Shown: positions 1-12,148 of the stretch, in pieces
Numbering within the stretch: position 1 is the stretch's first letter
Layout: the number at the start of each line of letters is the position of its first letter
NCBI GenBank assembly: GCA_003971905.1
Contig: RSEE01000004.1
Coordinates: 992,001 to 1,056,000 of the forward strand
Length of the DNA stretch: 64,000 nt
Direction: 5' to 3'
Origin: Moniliella sp. 'wahieum'
Taxonomy: Eukaryota
The notes under the pieces: model-generated
What the model saw: only the letters and a program-made list of their open reading frames with translations
What the model was told of the DNA's origin: nothing
The model's database searches: none
Made by a program: the position numbers and the translations under genes

Positions 1-690
1 GCATGTTTACCTTCGTGTTGATGATGGCAAAGGGGGCGAGGTGGTGCAGCGTGCTTACACGCCCTTTAGCAGCAACCAGCTCTTGGGTTACATTGATATT
101 CTCATCAAGGTCTATGCGCCCTGTGCGGCGTATCCCTTGGGGGGCAAGATGACAACGAGGTTGGAACGCTTGCCGCTCGAGTCGCCTGTTGAGCTCAAGG
201 GGCCGATCGGTAGCTTCACCTATCTCGGTCAAGGGCGGGTCAAGTGGCGCGGGGTGGAGCGGCGGGTGAAGCGCTTGGCGATGATTGCCGGTGGCAGCGG
301 CATCACACCCATCTGGTCCACACTCAAGGGCGTCATGGACGACCCCCTCCTCCGCTGGGAGAGAAAGGGGTGGAGGTGTGGCTGGTTGACGCCAACCGGA
401 CCGAAAACGACATTTTGGCCCGTGAACACATCGATGAAATCTCCAGTGCGTTCCCCGACCGTTTCAAGCTCTGGCACGTCCTCTCTCGTCCGATGGGGCC
501 ATGGGTCATGTCCAAGGGCCGCATCGACCGTGAAGTTCTCCGCACCCCCTCTGCCCGCCCCCGACGACGGTCGAGGGCGAACTGGAGGACACCCTCGTCC
601 TCGTGTGGGCCGCCACCGATGGAGCTCATGGCACGCACTGAGCTGGCAGCCATTGGGTGGGACGTGGAGCGGACTGCAGTGTTTTTCTAG
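1..690 (+). CDS. C-terminal FAD/NAD(P)H-binding (cytochrome b5 reductase) module, probably the 3' end of assimilatory nitrate reductase; partial, with indel frameshifts
   Basis: HVYLRV...VQRAYTP (RxYTP FAD motif), IKVY...GGKMT, KGPIGSF and MIAGGSGITP; after a frame change near 350: LVDANRTENDILAR, CGPPPM and a GWD...VFF* end (TAG 688-690), the typical nitrate reductase terminus. Confidence 0.8.
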
Positions 691-1355
691 CGCTTCTCAA
701 GCTTAGTTTTCATAAGGTACTAGTATATGTTGAAACAGTATATTCGTTGATGCGCGGTACGGAGTATAGTGTCATCTCTTCCCGCTGTGGTCCAGCTGTC
801 CCCTTTTTCGGATCGTCACACTGTGGTGCGAGCGGGCCGTGTGTGATGGAGCAGATCAGAGCGGTAGGATGGGATTGTCAAAGCGTGACCAAGATGGGGT
901 ATTGTTGGAGAAGATGATAGCCCTAGTATAGGAATAGATGGAAGGAGCTTTGGAGGGATTGGTTCCAATGAGAGAATAGCCAAGCCATCAACAATACGAG
1001 GGAAGGGCGAGGTGTGACCTTCGTGAGGAGGTGCAGTTTGGTGGTTGCCAGTTACACTGTTGTTATTGGGAGAAAGGAAACACGGTTTGTATTTCTCCCA
1101 GAGCCATTGCTGCATCAATATTCCATCGCATCAATCTTCGACTAGAACTTCCGTCCTTGGCGTGTGGGAGGAAATATATGCCACGGCGGTGTTGTTAGAA
1201 GGCTGATGCATGATGCATGGTGCAGATGGCTGATCTTTTCACAATTGCACATGAAATGTCACATGTCACACACGTCACCCAACCCATCCCGGTCACTTGC
1301 CGGTAACCGGTAATCGGCAACCGGTTACGGTAACCGCGACTAAGGTTGATGCAGA

Positions 1356-1424
1356 TGGGGCTAGTGGGGGGTAGGAGGGGTTAGGCCGGCCGGTTAGGGG
1401 GATTGGGGGGTTGGGGGGTTGGGG
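1356..1424 (+). other. G-run cluster (potential G-quadruplex) with TTAGGG-like units
   Basis: About 8 runs of 4-7 G with short spacers, e.g. GGGGTTAGG, GGTTAGGGGG, TTGGGGGG. Confidence 0.5.
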
Positions 1425-1516
1425 CCGTGCGGGGTCACTCCACCCGTAGTCACTAGTCACTACTAGTAGTCGCTGTTCTACCCTCCGATTCGCGCCTCCA
1501 TCTCAGCCCTTTTCTG

Positions 1517-2385
1517 ATGCAGATTCCTGGCCGCATCTTCTACGTTTACTGGCGCTGCGAGTGGTCTTGGCGAGGCGGCCGCGCGCGAGCTGCACGCCAA
1601 GGGGGCTCTGGTTCTGCTCCTGGACCGCGATGCCGAGCGCGCGGCGAAGTGGCTGCGTCTCTTGGCCCGGCCCGTGCGCTGGCCGCTGGCGAGACGGACG
1701 TGCTGAATTCCGACCAAATCAACGCTGCCATCGCGCTGGCGGATGAGGCCTGGCCCAATGCGCAGCCAGGCGGAGTGGTGCATGCCGCGGGCGTTTCGGC
1801 GGCGCAAAAGACACTGGACAATGACGGTCAGCCGCACGACTTGGACCTGTTTCAAAAGGTGGTGGAGATCAACTTGGTGGCTCCTTCAACGTCGCTCGTC
1901 TGGTCGCCGCGCGCATCGTGCGCGACGTGCCCAAACCAGCAGTCAAGGCCACTGGCGAGTCGCGCGGGGTGATTATTCTCGTCTCCTCGGCAGCTGGCCT
2001 GGAGGGCCAAATGGGCCAGGTGGCCTACGGATCGTCCAAAGCCGGGGTTGTGGGGCTGGCGCTGCCCTTGGCGCGGGACCTGGCGTGGTGGGGGATTCGC
2101 ACGCTGGCCATCTGCCCAGCCATGTTTTCCACACAGATGAGCGAGCTGATTCCTGAGCGAGGTACGTGGCCCGTCCCCTCGCCACTTGGTACTTTGATGC
2201 TTGGTATTGTTGCTAACTCGTTCCTTCCCACAGCCAAGGCCCAGCTGCTGGCCAAGACCGAGTTTCCCCCGCGCATGGGTACACCCGACGAGTTTGGGTC
2301 GCTATGTACCATGGTGGTTGAGAACGAGATGCTCAATGGCAGCCACATTCGTCTTGATGGCGCTGCTCGTTTGGGGAAACTGTGA
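1517..2385 (+). CDS. Short-chain dehydrogenase/reductase, 3-hydroxyacyl-CoA dehydrogenase type-2 (HSD17B10-like); indel frameshifts; intron 2162-2233
   Basis: TGAASGLG Rossmann motif (second frame), VVHAAGV, RGVIILVSS, GQMGQVAYGSSK (YxxxK), LPLARDL, FPPRMGTPDEF, ENEMLNGSHIRLDGAARL. Intron reads GTACGT...GCTAAC...CAG. Confidence 0.9.
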
Positions 2386-4419
2386 CGCTTGAAACTACGC
2401 TTTCGCTCTGATCCCCCTACAATGGAACCTTGGTTTCCCCCGGCATCAACCATGTACATCCAAGATAGCTGATGGCCGATGGTCGGGTTGGATCGAATGA
2501 GGAAGCAGCGGATATGGCACAGAAGGCACAGAAGACAGGCAATACGATCATGGAGCGGTTAGATTCTATCGATTGAAATGGAAGCTGTTGGGGGCGTGCG
2601 TCGCACTCGGGTCCTATACCACTCAACGTCGTGTTTTTCCTTGACTTGGTTGGGCGTTGTACAAGCAGGGCAAATTAATGCGAGGGCCAGCCAGATTCGG
2701 TGGGTGTGGGGACCACCCCCATGTGCGGTAAGCGTGCGGAGAGAGCGCGCTGTACCATTTGCGCCGGCCCCAACTTGAACCCACGGAACCGGCCAAGGCG
2801 ACGGAACGACTTGCGGCTGGGCATCTTAGCTGCCACGTCTTGTCAAATACTAACACCAGATTGTAGGCCACCACTCTGCCCGATGCACGAGTTCCAGCTT
2901 TTGACCACAAGGGCGAAAAGTCAATTCCCCGGCTAAGAGTGAAGTGAGGAGGGTGCTTTACAGGGGCGGCTGTTTTTTGGGCCAGCGTCTCGCACGCTTC
3001 AAGGTTGGTTGGTGACATATCTACGGTTCCTGATCCTGCACATGTATACAAGGGGCAACCGTTTTTTTCACACCACTTGACGATACACTTATACCCGTTC
3101 GACCTCGCCTTGCCTCTTGCCCCCCCGAGGCCTCTTTAATACGATTTGGGAGGGGAGGAGAGAGAAGAAGCAAGCAACCTCCTCGCCCTGCTCTCTTGGC
3201 GCGCTTCGTCTCTGACCGGTCAGCGCAACAGCCCGCTTGTGCGTCAGCCCACTTGGTTGCGAGGGTGCGAGGGGTACGCCTCCCTTGGTTCGCCAAAGTG
3301 GAGAAGTGATGGGATGGCCACTGGAATCCGCTCCAGTACTACAATCCAGAGGCGCTGGACTCTATCGCATCGCCACAGGCGCTGGGAACTACCCCAGCGC
3401 TCCGTCCCCATGAGGATGTGAGGTTGCCCAAACCGTCGATTCTCCTCGGTATCCAACCAATGGCATAGTCGCCATGTCTCCGTGTGCTAGGCAACGAGCA
3501 CTCCAACGACCGATAGCAGAGCAGAGGCAAGTTCCTTGGTGCTAGCATCATGGCTGCGTGGATGTGGAGAAAAGAGGAGCGGACGGGTGCAACGGTGCAC
3601 TCGGTCGGAACGGGGCGAGACAGGCGAGCGCCAGGAGCTAGCAAGGGACAACATGAGAGGGAGGCAGCGGCCGGCTTCCGTTTCCGTGTGGGGTGTCTTG
3701 CTTTTCCTAGTAGGCAGACCATGTGTGATCGGAGGAGATAGGCCGGTCCAGTTCTAAGCCTGGGACGGGGAGCGAGGCGAGTTATGTACCTGCGTAAGCA
3801 TTTGCAGCGGCTATGGCGGGGTAGAGACGGGAGCAGGGCCTGGTTGTGCCCGCAGGCCAGTCTGGCAAAAGAAAGAGATGAGGGCGCGGCGTGTATGGCG
3901 GGGTGCATCATCTTCTCCAATAGCCACAAAACAGCAAAAAAAGGGAAGAAAGGCAACGGAAGCGGTCGTGGGGAGAAAGAGTACGTTCGTAAGCTGGATT
4001 AGGCAAGGGGCCTTTACCCGGCGGAAAGGCGGGGAGTTGTGAGTGGGTTGCAGCGGCCACACTCGAATAGTTGCCTGAACCAGACGAGAAAAGTGGAGGG
4101 TATTAGAGGGGCACAGAGGAGGTGGGGGCGGCGACGGAGTCGGGGTCAGATCCGGGGCCAGAGAGGCCCGGCATAGGACACCCAGGAGAAGGTTCGTAAA
4201 AGACGAATAGGTTAGCCGTGTCGCGTGGTGAGCGGTGATGAGCAGGACGCAGCCGGTCTTAAAATGGGGGAGGACAACCCCCCGGAGGGGCAACCATGCA
4301 TCAGGACACCAAAAGTTGAAGTCCATTGGTGCCCGGTTTCGTAGGAAGCCAAAAAGGATTGTCCCTCCTCCATATGTCCGACGCTGTCCTTGGCCTTCAT
4401 GCAGGTGCAAGGGGGGGGG

Positions 4420-6040
4420 TCAGAAGTCCCTGTTTCCGGGGCGGACCGAATCAGAATGATAGTAGGACGAGGTGGATTGGTCCGGCATGATGGGGGGGAA
4501 CCGAGCGGTGCTAGTACTATGGGGCGGGTTGGTAGAGTAGTACGATCCAGCGCCTACAAACGGCAGGGAAGAAGCCTGAGAGGCGAGAGGAGGAACCTGC
4601 AATCCCGGTTCAGCTGAGGGGGCAACAAGCTGGACGAACCATAGCCCGAGTCGGAAGGGTAGTACCCCCTGTGTTGGACGGGGCCGAGGTGTGGGAAAGC
4701 GGGGCAGGCAAGGACCCATGGCTTCCCATTCCACCATTTCCTAACCCAAACGGGCCATAGCGAACGGAAGGGCTGGCCAACGAGCCACTCGACACGTTGG
4801 ACGGGGAGGGTCGGTCCAAGGCGGTCGAGGAGCCGTGGTAGGACATGGAGGCGGAGCGGGTCGGATTCGGTTCTACCTTGATCCGATGTTCGTTGGTCGG
4901 CGGAAGAGGAGTGGTATGAAGCGGTTGGGAGGGACGAAGCAGTGTTCGTTTCAGTGTCCGACCGGCTGCGGGGTTTGTAGGGACGCTTGCTGTGCTGGGA
5001 CCGAGCACGAGGATGAAGGACGGTGTTGAAATGGTTCTTGATCCGGTTGTCGGGTCGTCCAGGCAGATGGCGGGCCATCTCGGACCACCGGGACCCGAGG
5101 CGCTTGTACATATCAAGAATCTTGGCATTCTCTTCATCGGTAAAGGGGTTCTTGTTGATGGTAGGGTCCGCATGGTTGTTCCACCGCTCGCGACACTGCT
5201 TGGCAGTGCGGGTGCCAAGACGCTCCGACACTACCGCCCACTTATCCACTCCAACCTCTTGAACTGTCGCGAGCAACTGGGCATCTTCTGGCTTGCTCCA
5301 TTGCCCTCGGTTTGAGGTGGGACGGCACAAGGTGCGCCAGCGCGACGAACAGGCCACCTTGTCAAACGGACCATCCGGGAACGCTGTCTCGGCAATCCTT
5401 GCCCACGACTTGATAGAGGGAGAGTTGGTGGTAGAGCGCGGGCGGATCCCACTCGCCTCGTCGACCGCCTGGCGCTCCATGTGCATCTTGACGGCTGACT
5501 CGAGGCGCTCATCGTCCTCCTTGGTCCAACCCTTCTTGGTCCGCGGCTCGGGGGAGCGCGGGGCGGCAAAGCCGAGCCTGACGCGACTCCTGGCGCGACT
5601 CCCGGCGCGACTGCCGATGGCATTCCCGACGCGACTGTCGACGCGGCTCCGGATGGCGTGTAGCGGGTCGACCAGCTCGAGTCCAGCAGTGGTTTGGCGA
5701 GCAGAGCACTGGCGGACGAGGGATCAGCCGGGGCGGGGTACGGCATGCCCTTGGGAAGCGAGGGCAGAACTGGGCCGGTCCGACTGGGATAGGCGGCCGG
5801 AGGGGCGGGATGGGGCTCATAGGCAGGGGCGGGAGGGAACAAGGTGGGAGGTATGGGGCGCAAGTGGGTCATGCGGCGTAGGGTGGGAGGCGATGGGTTG
5901 ATCGACGGGGGCGGTGCGGCAAAGGAGCCGTCCATGGGGGGGGAGACAGAGACGAGCCGCGGGGGGGGTTCACTGACGGGCGGGTCATGCATGTAGCCGG
6001 GATAGGCACCGTAATAGCCTCCCGCTGGGTGGTCTTGCAT
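4420..6040 (-). CDS. MYB-family transcription factor with three Myb repeats and Pro/Ser-rich flanks; indel frameshifts; start uncertain
   Basis: R1 KKGWTKEDDERL...SWARIA...CSSRW; R2 RGQWSKPEDAQL...KWAVVSERLGTRTAKQCRERWNNH; R3 KNPFTDEENAKI...GSRWSEMARHLPGRPDNRIKNHFN. Confidence 0.88.
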
Positions 6041-6939
6041 CTGCAACTGTTTGAGGGAGAGGCAGCGGCGCGTGGGCCCAGGCCGGTCAGCGGAGGGGAG
6101 GCAGGGTGGGGGATGGGACGAGGAGGGACACGCACCGTTGGTGGTGCTCAAAGGAGACAGCAGAGGGGTGGGTGAGGGCGCACGGGACACGGGGGGGAGG
6201 CGCCGGTTGCGGTTGCGGGTGCGGTTGCGGCGGCGGTTGCGGCGGCGGCGGACTGTGGAGATGGCAGAGGGGGGCCAGGGGAGCCGGAATGGTGGTGGCA
6301 GGGAAGAGGAAATACGGGGCGGGGTGCGGGAGGCGGTGGCTCGAACGAGAGAAAAGGGTCTGCAGGCGGTGTGGGATGGTCGGGAGCAGGTGGGCACGGC
6401 GAGGGGCGCGTCGCGGGTGGGTGTTTGACGTAACAAACAGACCTCTCGGCCTGCTGCTCCTGCTCCTGGCGGCGAGCACTGGGCTGCGTTCCACGTTACC
6501 CGCGCAGGACTGGCTGAGTCGAGGCGGTGGGTGCGCTGTGCCTCTGCGATCTCAGATCCCAGGGCGCCAGGCGGGAGGCACTAGTCCGGCCAGGACCGGC
6601 TGGTTGCGGGCATCAGCGGGCAGCGTGGGAGTGTCGAGGCCAGCGCCCAACTGAATCCGACACAAACAAACCACCACGCCCCGTCACTGGTCACGGGTCA
6701 GATCGAGATGGGCAGCAAGGCCAGGGCGCCATGGCCGGCGCGAGCTACGCGGCAGCCGGGGGGCAGGCGGCCTCGCTTGGGCGCTTGCGGCGGGGGAGGG
6801 GCAAGAACGAAGAGGAGGCCGCAGCGTGCATCACCCATCCGCCCTCGCCTCCCGTACCAGTAGCGCTACCAAAGGCAGCCCGCCGCACAGGCCAGCGTCA
6901 CACGTCAGAACGCGCGTCAGACAGCACGCCACGATGCGT

Positions 6940-9900
6940 GACTAGTGACTCGCGACGGGCCACACAGATGTGCGTGCGACTCCCTGGCCGACAATCGATG
7001 ATTGATGATCGATTATGCATTACGCGTTACGCATTGGCGCACTTGGGCATTGTATGGAGGACTCAGTACTGAGTCTCAGCACTTGGTACTTACCGGACTT
7101 GCCACTGATCACGGATTCCCCGTCTCCTCCATGTCGATGGGTGCACGGCGACGTTGAAAAGGCCGGGGGAGCCCGCTGCTGACCGTCTGGGATTCTGAGC
7201 GCGCTGCGATCTAAGCACGGCGCGGCTGCTGAGCGGCGGAGCCGCTGAGCGCTGAGCAGCTGGCCAGGGGCCTGCGGCCAGGCCATGATCAATGATCGAT
7301 GATCGATATCGATGGTTAGGGGTAGTATTCCGTACAGTACGTGGTAACTGGTGACACTATTGGTGATACAGGGTCGCGGGGGTTCCATGCCACATGCAGC
7401 GTGTGACAGGTCACGCGTCACAGGTCACGCCGGTCACATGGGGTCGCAAAACTGGACAAAAAGCATGGTGCATGGGCGGACGCTCTTCCTTCAAGCTGCA
7501 AGCTTCCGAGCTTCAGCGCGCTTTCTTCCAACTTGCAGCCGACAGAGTATAGGCGTTTGTGCCTGTCATGTCATCATGTCATGCATGCCACGTATCACGC
7601 AGCATACATTATGTGCGGGTGAAGCGTGACCGTGACCAGTCACCGGCAGGCAGCCCAGACGCCGAGATCTGAGGTGTTTGACAGCTATTGTATTCCGGTC
7701 CCTACTGTCTCTCTCTCTTCTCCTTTCCTTCTTCCTTTTTTCTCTCTCTCTTCTTCTTCCCTAGTCCTTGCCTCCCCGCCCCGCCCTGGCTTTTGTATGT
7801 ACGGCTGTATGGAACGCGGGTTGCGTGGCGTGATGTCGGTGACCTGGTAATGCGTAACGCGTAACGTGCGGGCTCGGCCTCAAGCTTCAAAAGCTTCAAG
7901 CTTCAAGAAGTCTCAACGGGCCAGCGCCATTGGCAATCATTAATCATTAAATCAGTTGCACGACATACCTCTGCGGGCGGTGGCAGGCGGGAGCCCTTCG
8001 GTGGCACCAAAAGGATTTTTGGAGTCAACTGAAGGGCTAGATGACTGTGCCCCCGGCACAAGACGAGAGAAAACGTAGGATCGATCCTCGCAACGTCCGG
8101 TCTCTCGTCTCTGCTGCTCGATGTTCCACGGGCCATGTGGTGTGTACCACATGCACCCGGTGCCCCGCAGACATGCTCCAAGCGCAGAAGCAGCTCCGCT
8201 TCCCGCCGCATCACCTGGGAAGCATCGATTATGGGTTAACGTTTTAACGTTTAACGCGTTACGCGCTACGCGTTAACGTTTTCGTTCTTTCGCATTTAGC
8301 CGAATAGGCGTCCTTTCTTCGGGGAGGCCCTGGGAGGCCGCCACTCGCCGGTCAACCCGTGGATGTCGTGAACTCCCGTGACGCGTGAACCGTTCAGCCT
8401 GGGCGCCTCAGCTTTTCATCATCGATCATCGACCGTTTGTCATTAAATCATGAATCACCGGTCACCATCATCAAGTCATCAAAGTCATCGCGTTGGCGCG
8501 TCTGTGACAGAAGGCTGTGTGGCAAAGGAAAAGCAACAGCGGCAACAACTTGCAGCACTAGGCCGCAGCTCGGATATACACCAGGCGGGGTACCAGAGGC
8601 AGGTACGGGTGCATACTGGAGGGAGGTACGAAGGCTACGTATTGAATGAAAAAGTGCATGCTCCCCGTTTCCAGGCACGGGGGCACAACACGCAGAATTG
8701 CAGCAAGCCAGGACGGGGCCACTAGCCACTAGCCACCAGCCATCGGCCACATCGGCGCATCCGCCACCATCTTTCCCGCATTCGCTGCCACATCGTGTTC
8801 CACCTTTCCACGCTGTGCGAGCATGGCCGGCGGTTGACACCGTATGGGCTGGCCCGTTCCCGCTGTATTCGGCACCCTCCGTTCCGACCGCATCGTCTGC
8901 CCTGAAAACGTCCTCGATGTCGATGCGGTCGATCAAAGAACAGATGCCGGGAGGCCTCTCAACTTCACCGGTCACCAGACTCTAGAGGCCGGAGACCGAA
9001 GGTCGGAATGTCCTGAACGTTGAAACGTTGACTAACCTTGCGATGTCATATCATATTTTTTCCATCAAGTCAATTGAAGCTAAGCTGAAGCTTCACTTGA
9101 AGCTTGAAGCTTGAAGCTTGACTAGCAAGTGATTAATGATCAGTGACTAGTGAGTGACAAACGGCCTGCGCTTGGTGCTTGGCAGGCAACCGGGCCGGGA
9201 GCGGGCGTTGGCACACTACTAATAGGGTGTGTCAGACATACATAGGGTCAATCTTTATTGAGCGGCCGCTGCGTAGGGCTTGCCAGGGGCTGCTCCACCT
9301 CGGTTGGGTGTGGTTCTCAACGAGCGGCAAAAGGTGTTGGACGACCCATCGGCTCCCTCTGCTAAGGCGCTAAGGATGGTTGTTGATCGGTGATTAATAT
9401 GCAAGGTGCATATCATATGGATGGTGCAGGTGATGCATGCATGATGTCTGCTTTGCTGACCGGTGACCTGCAGCAGTAAACAGATGTTAAACGGCATCGG
9501 TCTTCCTCTAAGCTCCAGGGCCTCTACTAAGCCCCTAAGGCCTAAGGCTGAGTGTTGCGACGTTGAACGTTGAACGTTGACTGGCTTCACCGATCGCCGG
9601 GCCCGTCCGGCCTCACTAGTCCCGAGTCTCCGCGGGCTCCGAAAGCTGGTGCGCCTAAGCCAACGACTAGTAGCCTTCTCTCGTCCTGCTTCCTACCACG
9701 CCCGCAATCGATCGCTACGCTACTGTCCTAAACGCTTCCGCATCCATTCCGGTTTCCATCGCCGGGTGGACCAGGACGGCGCTACCTCCGGCCCATGGCC
9801 TAGACCGAAGGCCTAAGTCCATGACCGAATCGATACCATCCAAAGTCTTTCCAGCCTTCTCTGCTTGGCGCTTACGGCATCGGATCCCACCCCTCCGGTA

Positions 9901-11200
9901 ACCGGTAACCGGTAACCGGTAACCTCTCGACGATACATACCTATCGGTCGCTGTGGAGGATGATCGGTGATCGGTGATCGGTGATGCATTTTGAATGATT
10001 AATGACTGCATCATGCATCATGCATCACGCGTCACGCAGACACTAGTCACATGCACACATGTCACACTAGCTATCCCTAAAGCAGCCCTCAGCTAGTCAG
10101 CTAGTTAGAGATCGTCAGACCAGGTCAAACCGCCCCAGCAGGCCCCAGCTGGGTCCGTCGGCACGCCACTCGTCTGCGCGGGGACGTTCCTTGCCGTCGA
10201 GCCGATCGTGTGTGGAGGGGCGCGTGCAGGATGCAGGATGCATGATCGATCTGTGGTCCATGGTCGACGTTCTCTCTCTGCTGCGTGGACACGAAAACCG
10301 TTGTCGGCTGCAGAAAAAAGTGGCGCCTGACACATCCGATCCGTTCCCATATCGGTACGCGTTACACGCGTTACACACACGTTACCCGTTGCCACGTTTC
10401 GTAGGGTACGCGGTACGCGTTTAGCGCTTCGCGGCTCCCAGCTGTCTTGCTACCCACGCAACAAGAACAGGCGAGGGAAACGGTTCTGGAATCGAGTTGC
10501 TTCCCAAATAACGAAAAAAAAACTTTGTTGTGATGTGGACTTGCCACCGACCTCAGTGGAACGTGTTGAGTACGTTGAACGTTGACCACGTGCACCTCCG
10601 ACACCAAAACCCTCTTCACTGCTCTCGACCCTGCGGGGCTGACCGATTCAGTTACGCGGGTAAACTGCAACCGAAAAAATTAACCCGCAGGGAATATTCA
10701 TGTGTCGGCAGCCGAAACGGCCCCCTATGCTCTGCCGAAAAGAGCCAAAGCAGCGCATGCCGCATGCCACAAGTCACCACGTCAAAATCGTGTCCATGCC
10801 CAATGTGAGATGCCCTTACGTGTACGCACGTCCAGCATCCATCGTCTCTCTAGGTCCCGTCTCTATTATCTCTCGAATCATTTAATCGTCGGGCATCTCC
10901 AGCAGCATCAAACCCCGACCACGAGAGATGCGAGTCACATGTCACACGAGATCACACGCACCCACCCCTCGGATCGATGTCAGCGATGCCACAGAACCGA
11001 CGAAGAACGATTTGTATTTTGGATCGATAACATGTAGTGCCTGCTGGCTTTACCGGTTACCGGTTACCCCGGTTACCACGGATAAATAATACGGTACCCT
11101 ACGTTCTGGACCATGGTCCTTCAAGTTGAAGCGTCTCACGCGTCTCACGCTGGACTTTGAACTTGACTTATTGAATAAGCTTCAGGCATCAGCTTCATGC
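6940..11200. repeat. Dense field of 7-bp-period arrays of A-NNNN-T hexamer palindromes (intergenic)
   Basis: (AAGCTTG)3 9100-9120; (ACCGGTA)3 9901-9921; AACGTT-G-AACGTT 9566-9578; ATGCAT-C-ATGCAT-C-ACGCGT 10013-10032; ATCGAT-T-ATGCAT-T-ACGCGT 7008-7027; ACCGGT-T-ACCGGT 11052-11064. Confidence 0.9.
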
Positions 11201-12148
11201 CCATGCGGAGTGTGCACCCGCGGGTAGGGTATAATCAAAGCTTCGACGATAATTCAACGTTCATTCCACCCATTCCAGACCCAAGCGACAAACCGAACGA
11301 GAAGGCGCGAAAGCGACCACACCGAACGCACTGCTGTGGGAGGGTCGATGATCGACGATGGAGATCTCGACGATCTCGCACAGAGGAAACCAAACGAGAA
11401 AACGACAGAGACATGCACGGTACAAACGCGTCATATGGGCCTTTGGCAATTTGGTAGCTGGTTATTGCTAGTTGGGAAACGGGGTTCATCGAGACACATC
11501 ACAAAAAGAACGGGACAGTATGGCAGACGTTTCCCTCTGCGTCGTTGGCAGGCATGGCAGGCACACTCCGCCGTGCCCACCGACCCGCGTCCACCTTTCT
11601 TTCTCTCGTGCAATCAACAGCGTAATACCCGACGACGAGCGGACGCACAGGTATCTCGGTGTATACGCAAATGACTCGCACCCTCAGCCCCAGCCTGGAC
11701 TTGGGGTGGGACCGAGTCCAAAACCACCGGGGCGCGATCGAGGTGAGAGGCGTGTGAGGAAAGTCTGACGCCCTGAGGGCCAACCATCAGAGAGAGCGCC
11801 GGATGCCAACATGGGGAAACAAGTCTATAACATCAAGCGACGGAAACCAAAACGAAAGAGACAAAAGAACATTGCATAGAGAGACCGTGGGTCTTTACTG
11901 AGACCTGCGTCCTAAGGCTAAAAAAGGTTCAAAGGCACAAAGTTTGAAGCGAGAAACAACAGTGCAAGGTGTACCATGTCAACCCGCCCGGAAAAAGACC
12001 GTGACCGACTTCCATACGAAGCATGGCAACGAGCGGAAAAACACAAGGTGGGAGCGAGTGGGGTGTGGCGTATAAGAAAGGGAAGAGACTGTTGGGGGAT
12101 ATAGATAAAAGAGAGACGTGCTGGCAAAGCAGGGACAAATCTAGCTGG

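Noticed and set aside
2600..4400. Several 60-205-aa ORFs between the SDR and MYB genes
   Set aside because: No domain signatures; composition fits 3' UTR or intergenic DNA.
7022..8280. ACGCGT(NA) read as MluI cell-cycle boxes and GAAGCTTC read as heat-shock elements
   Set aside because: Individual units match these known sites, but a dozen other cores obey the same spacing rule, so a single known factor does not explain the arrays.
8448..8975. 175-aa minus-strand ORF in the long intergenic region
   Set aside because: No recognisable domain or motif; this length is expected by chance at this GC content.
9064..9160. Runs of restriction sites (HindIII, SpeI, AseI etc.) as vector polylinker contamination
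   Set aside because: Sites are degenerate, tandemly repeated, restricted to A..T palindromes and dispersed over 60 kb of native intergenic DNA.
9895..10070. CRISPR-like or telomeric array
   Set aside because: Units are 7 bp with no unique spacers; eukaryotic context, internal location and changing unit sequence.
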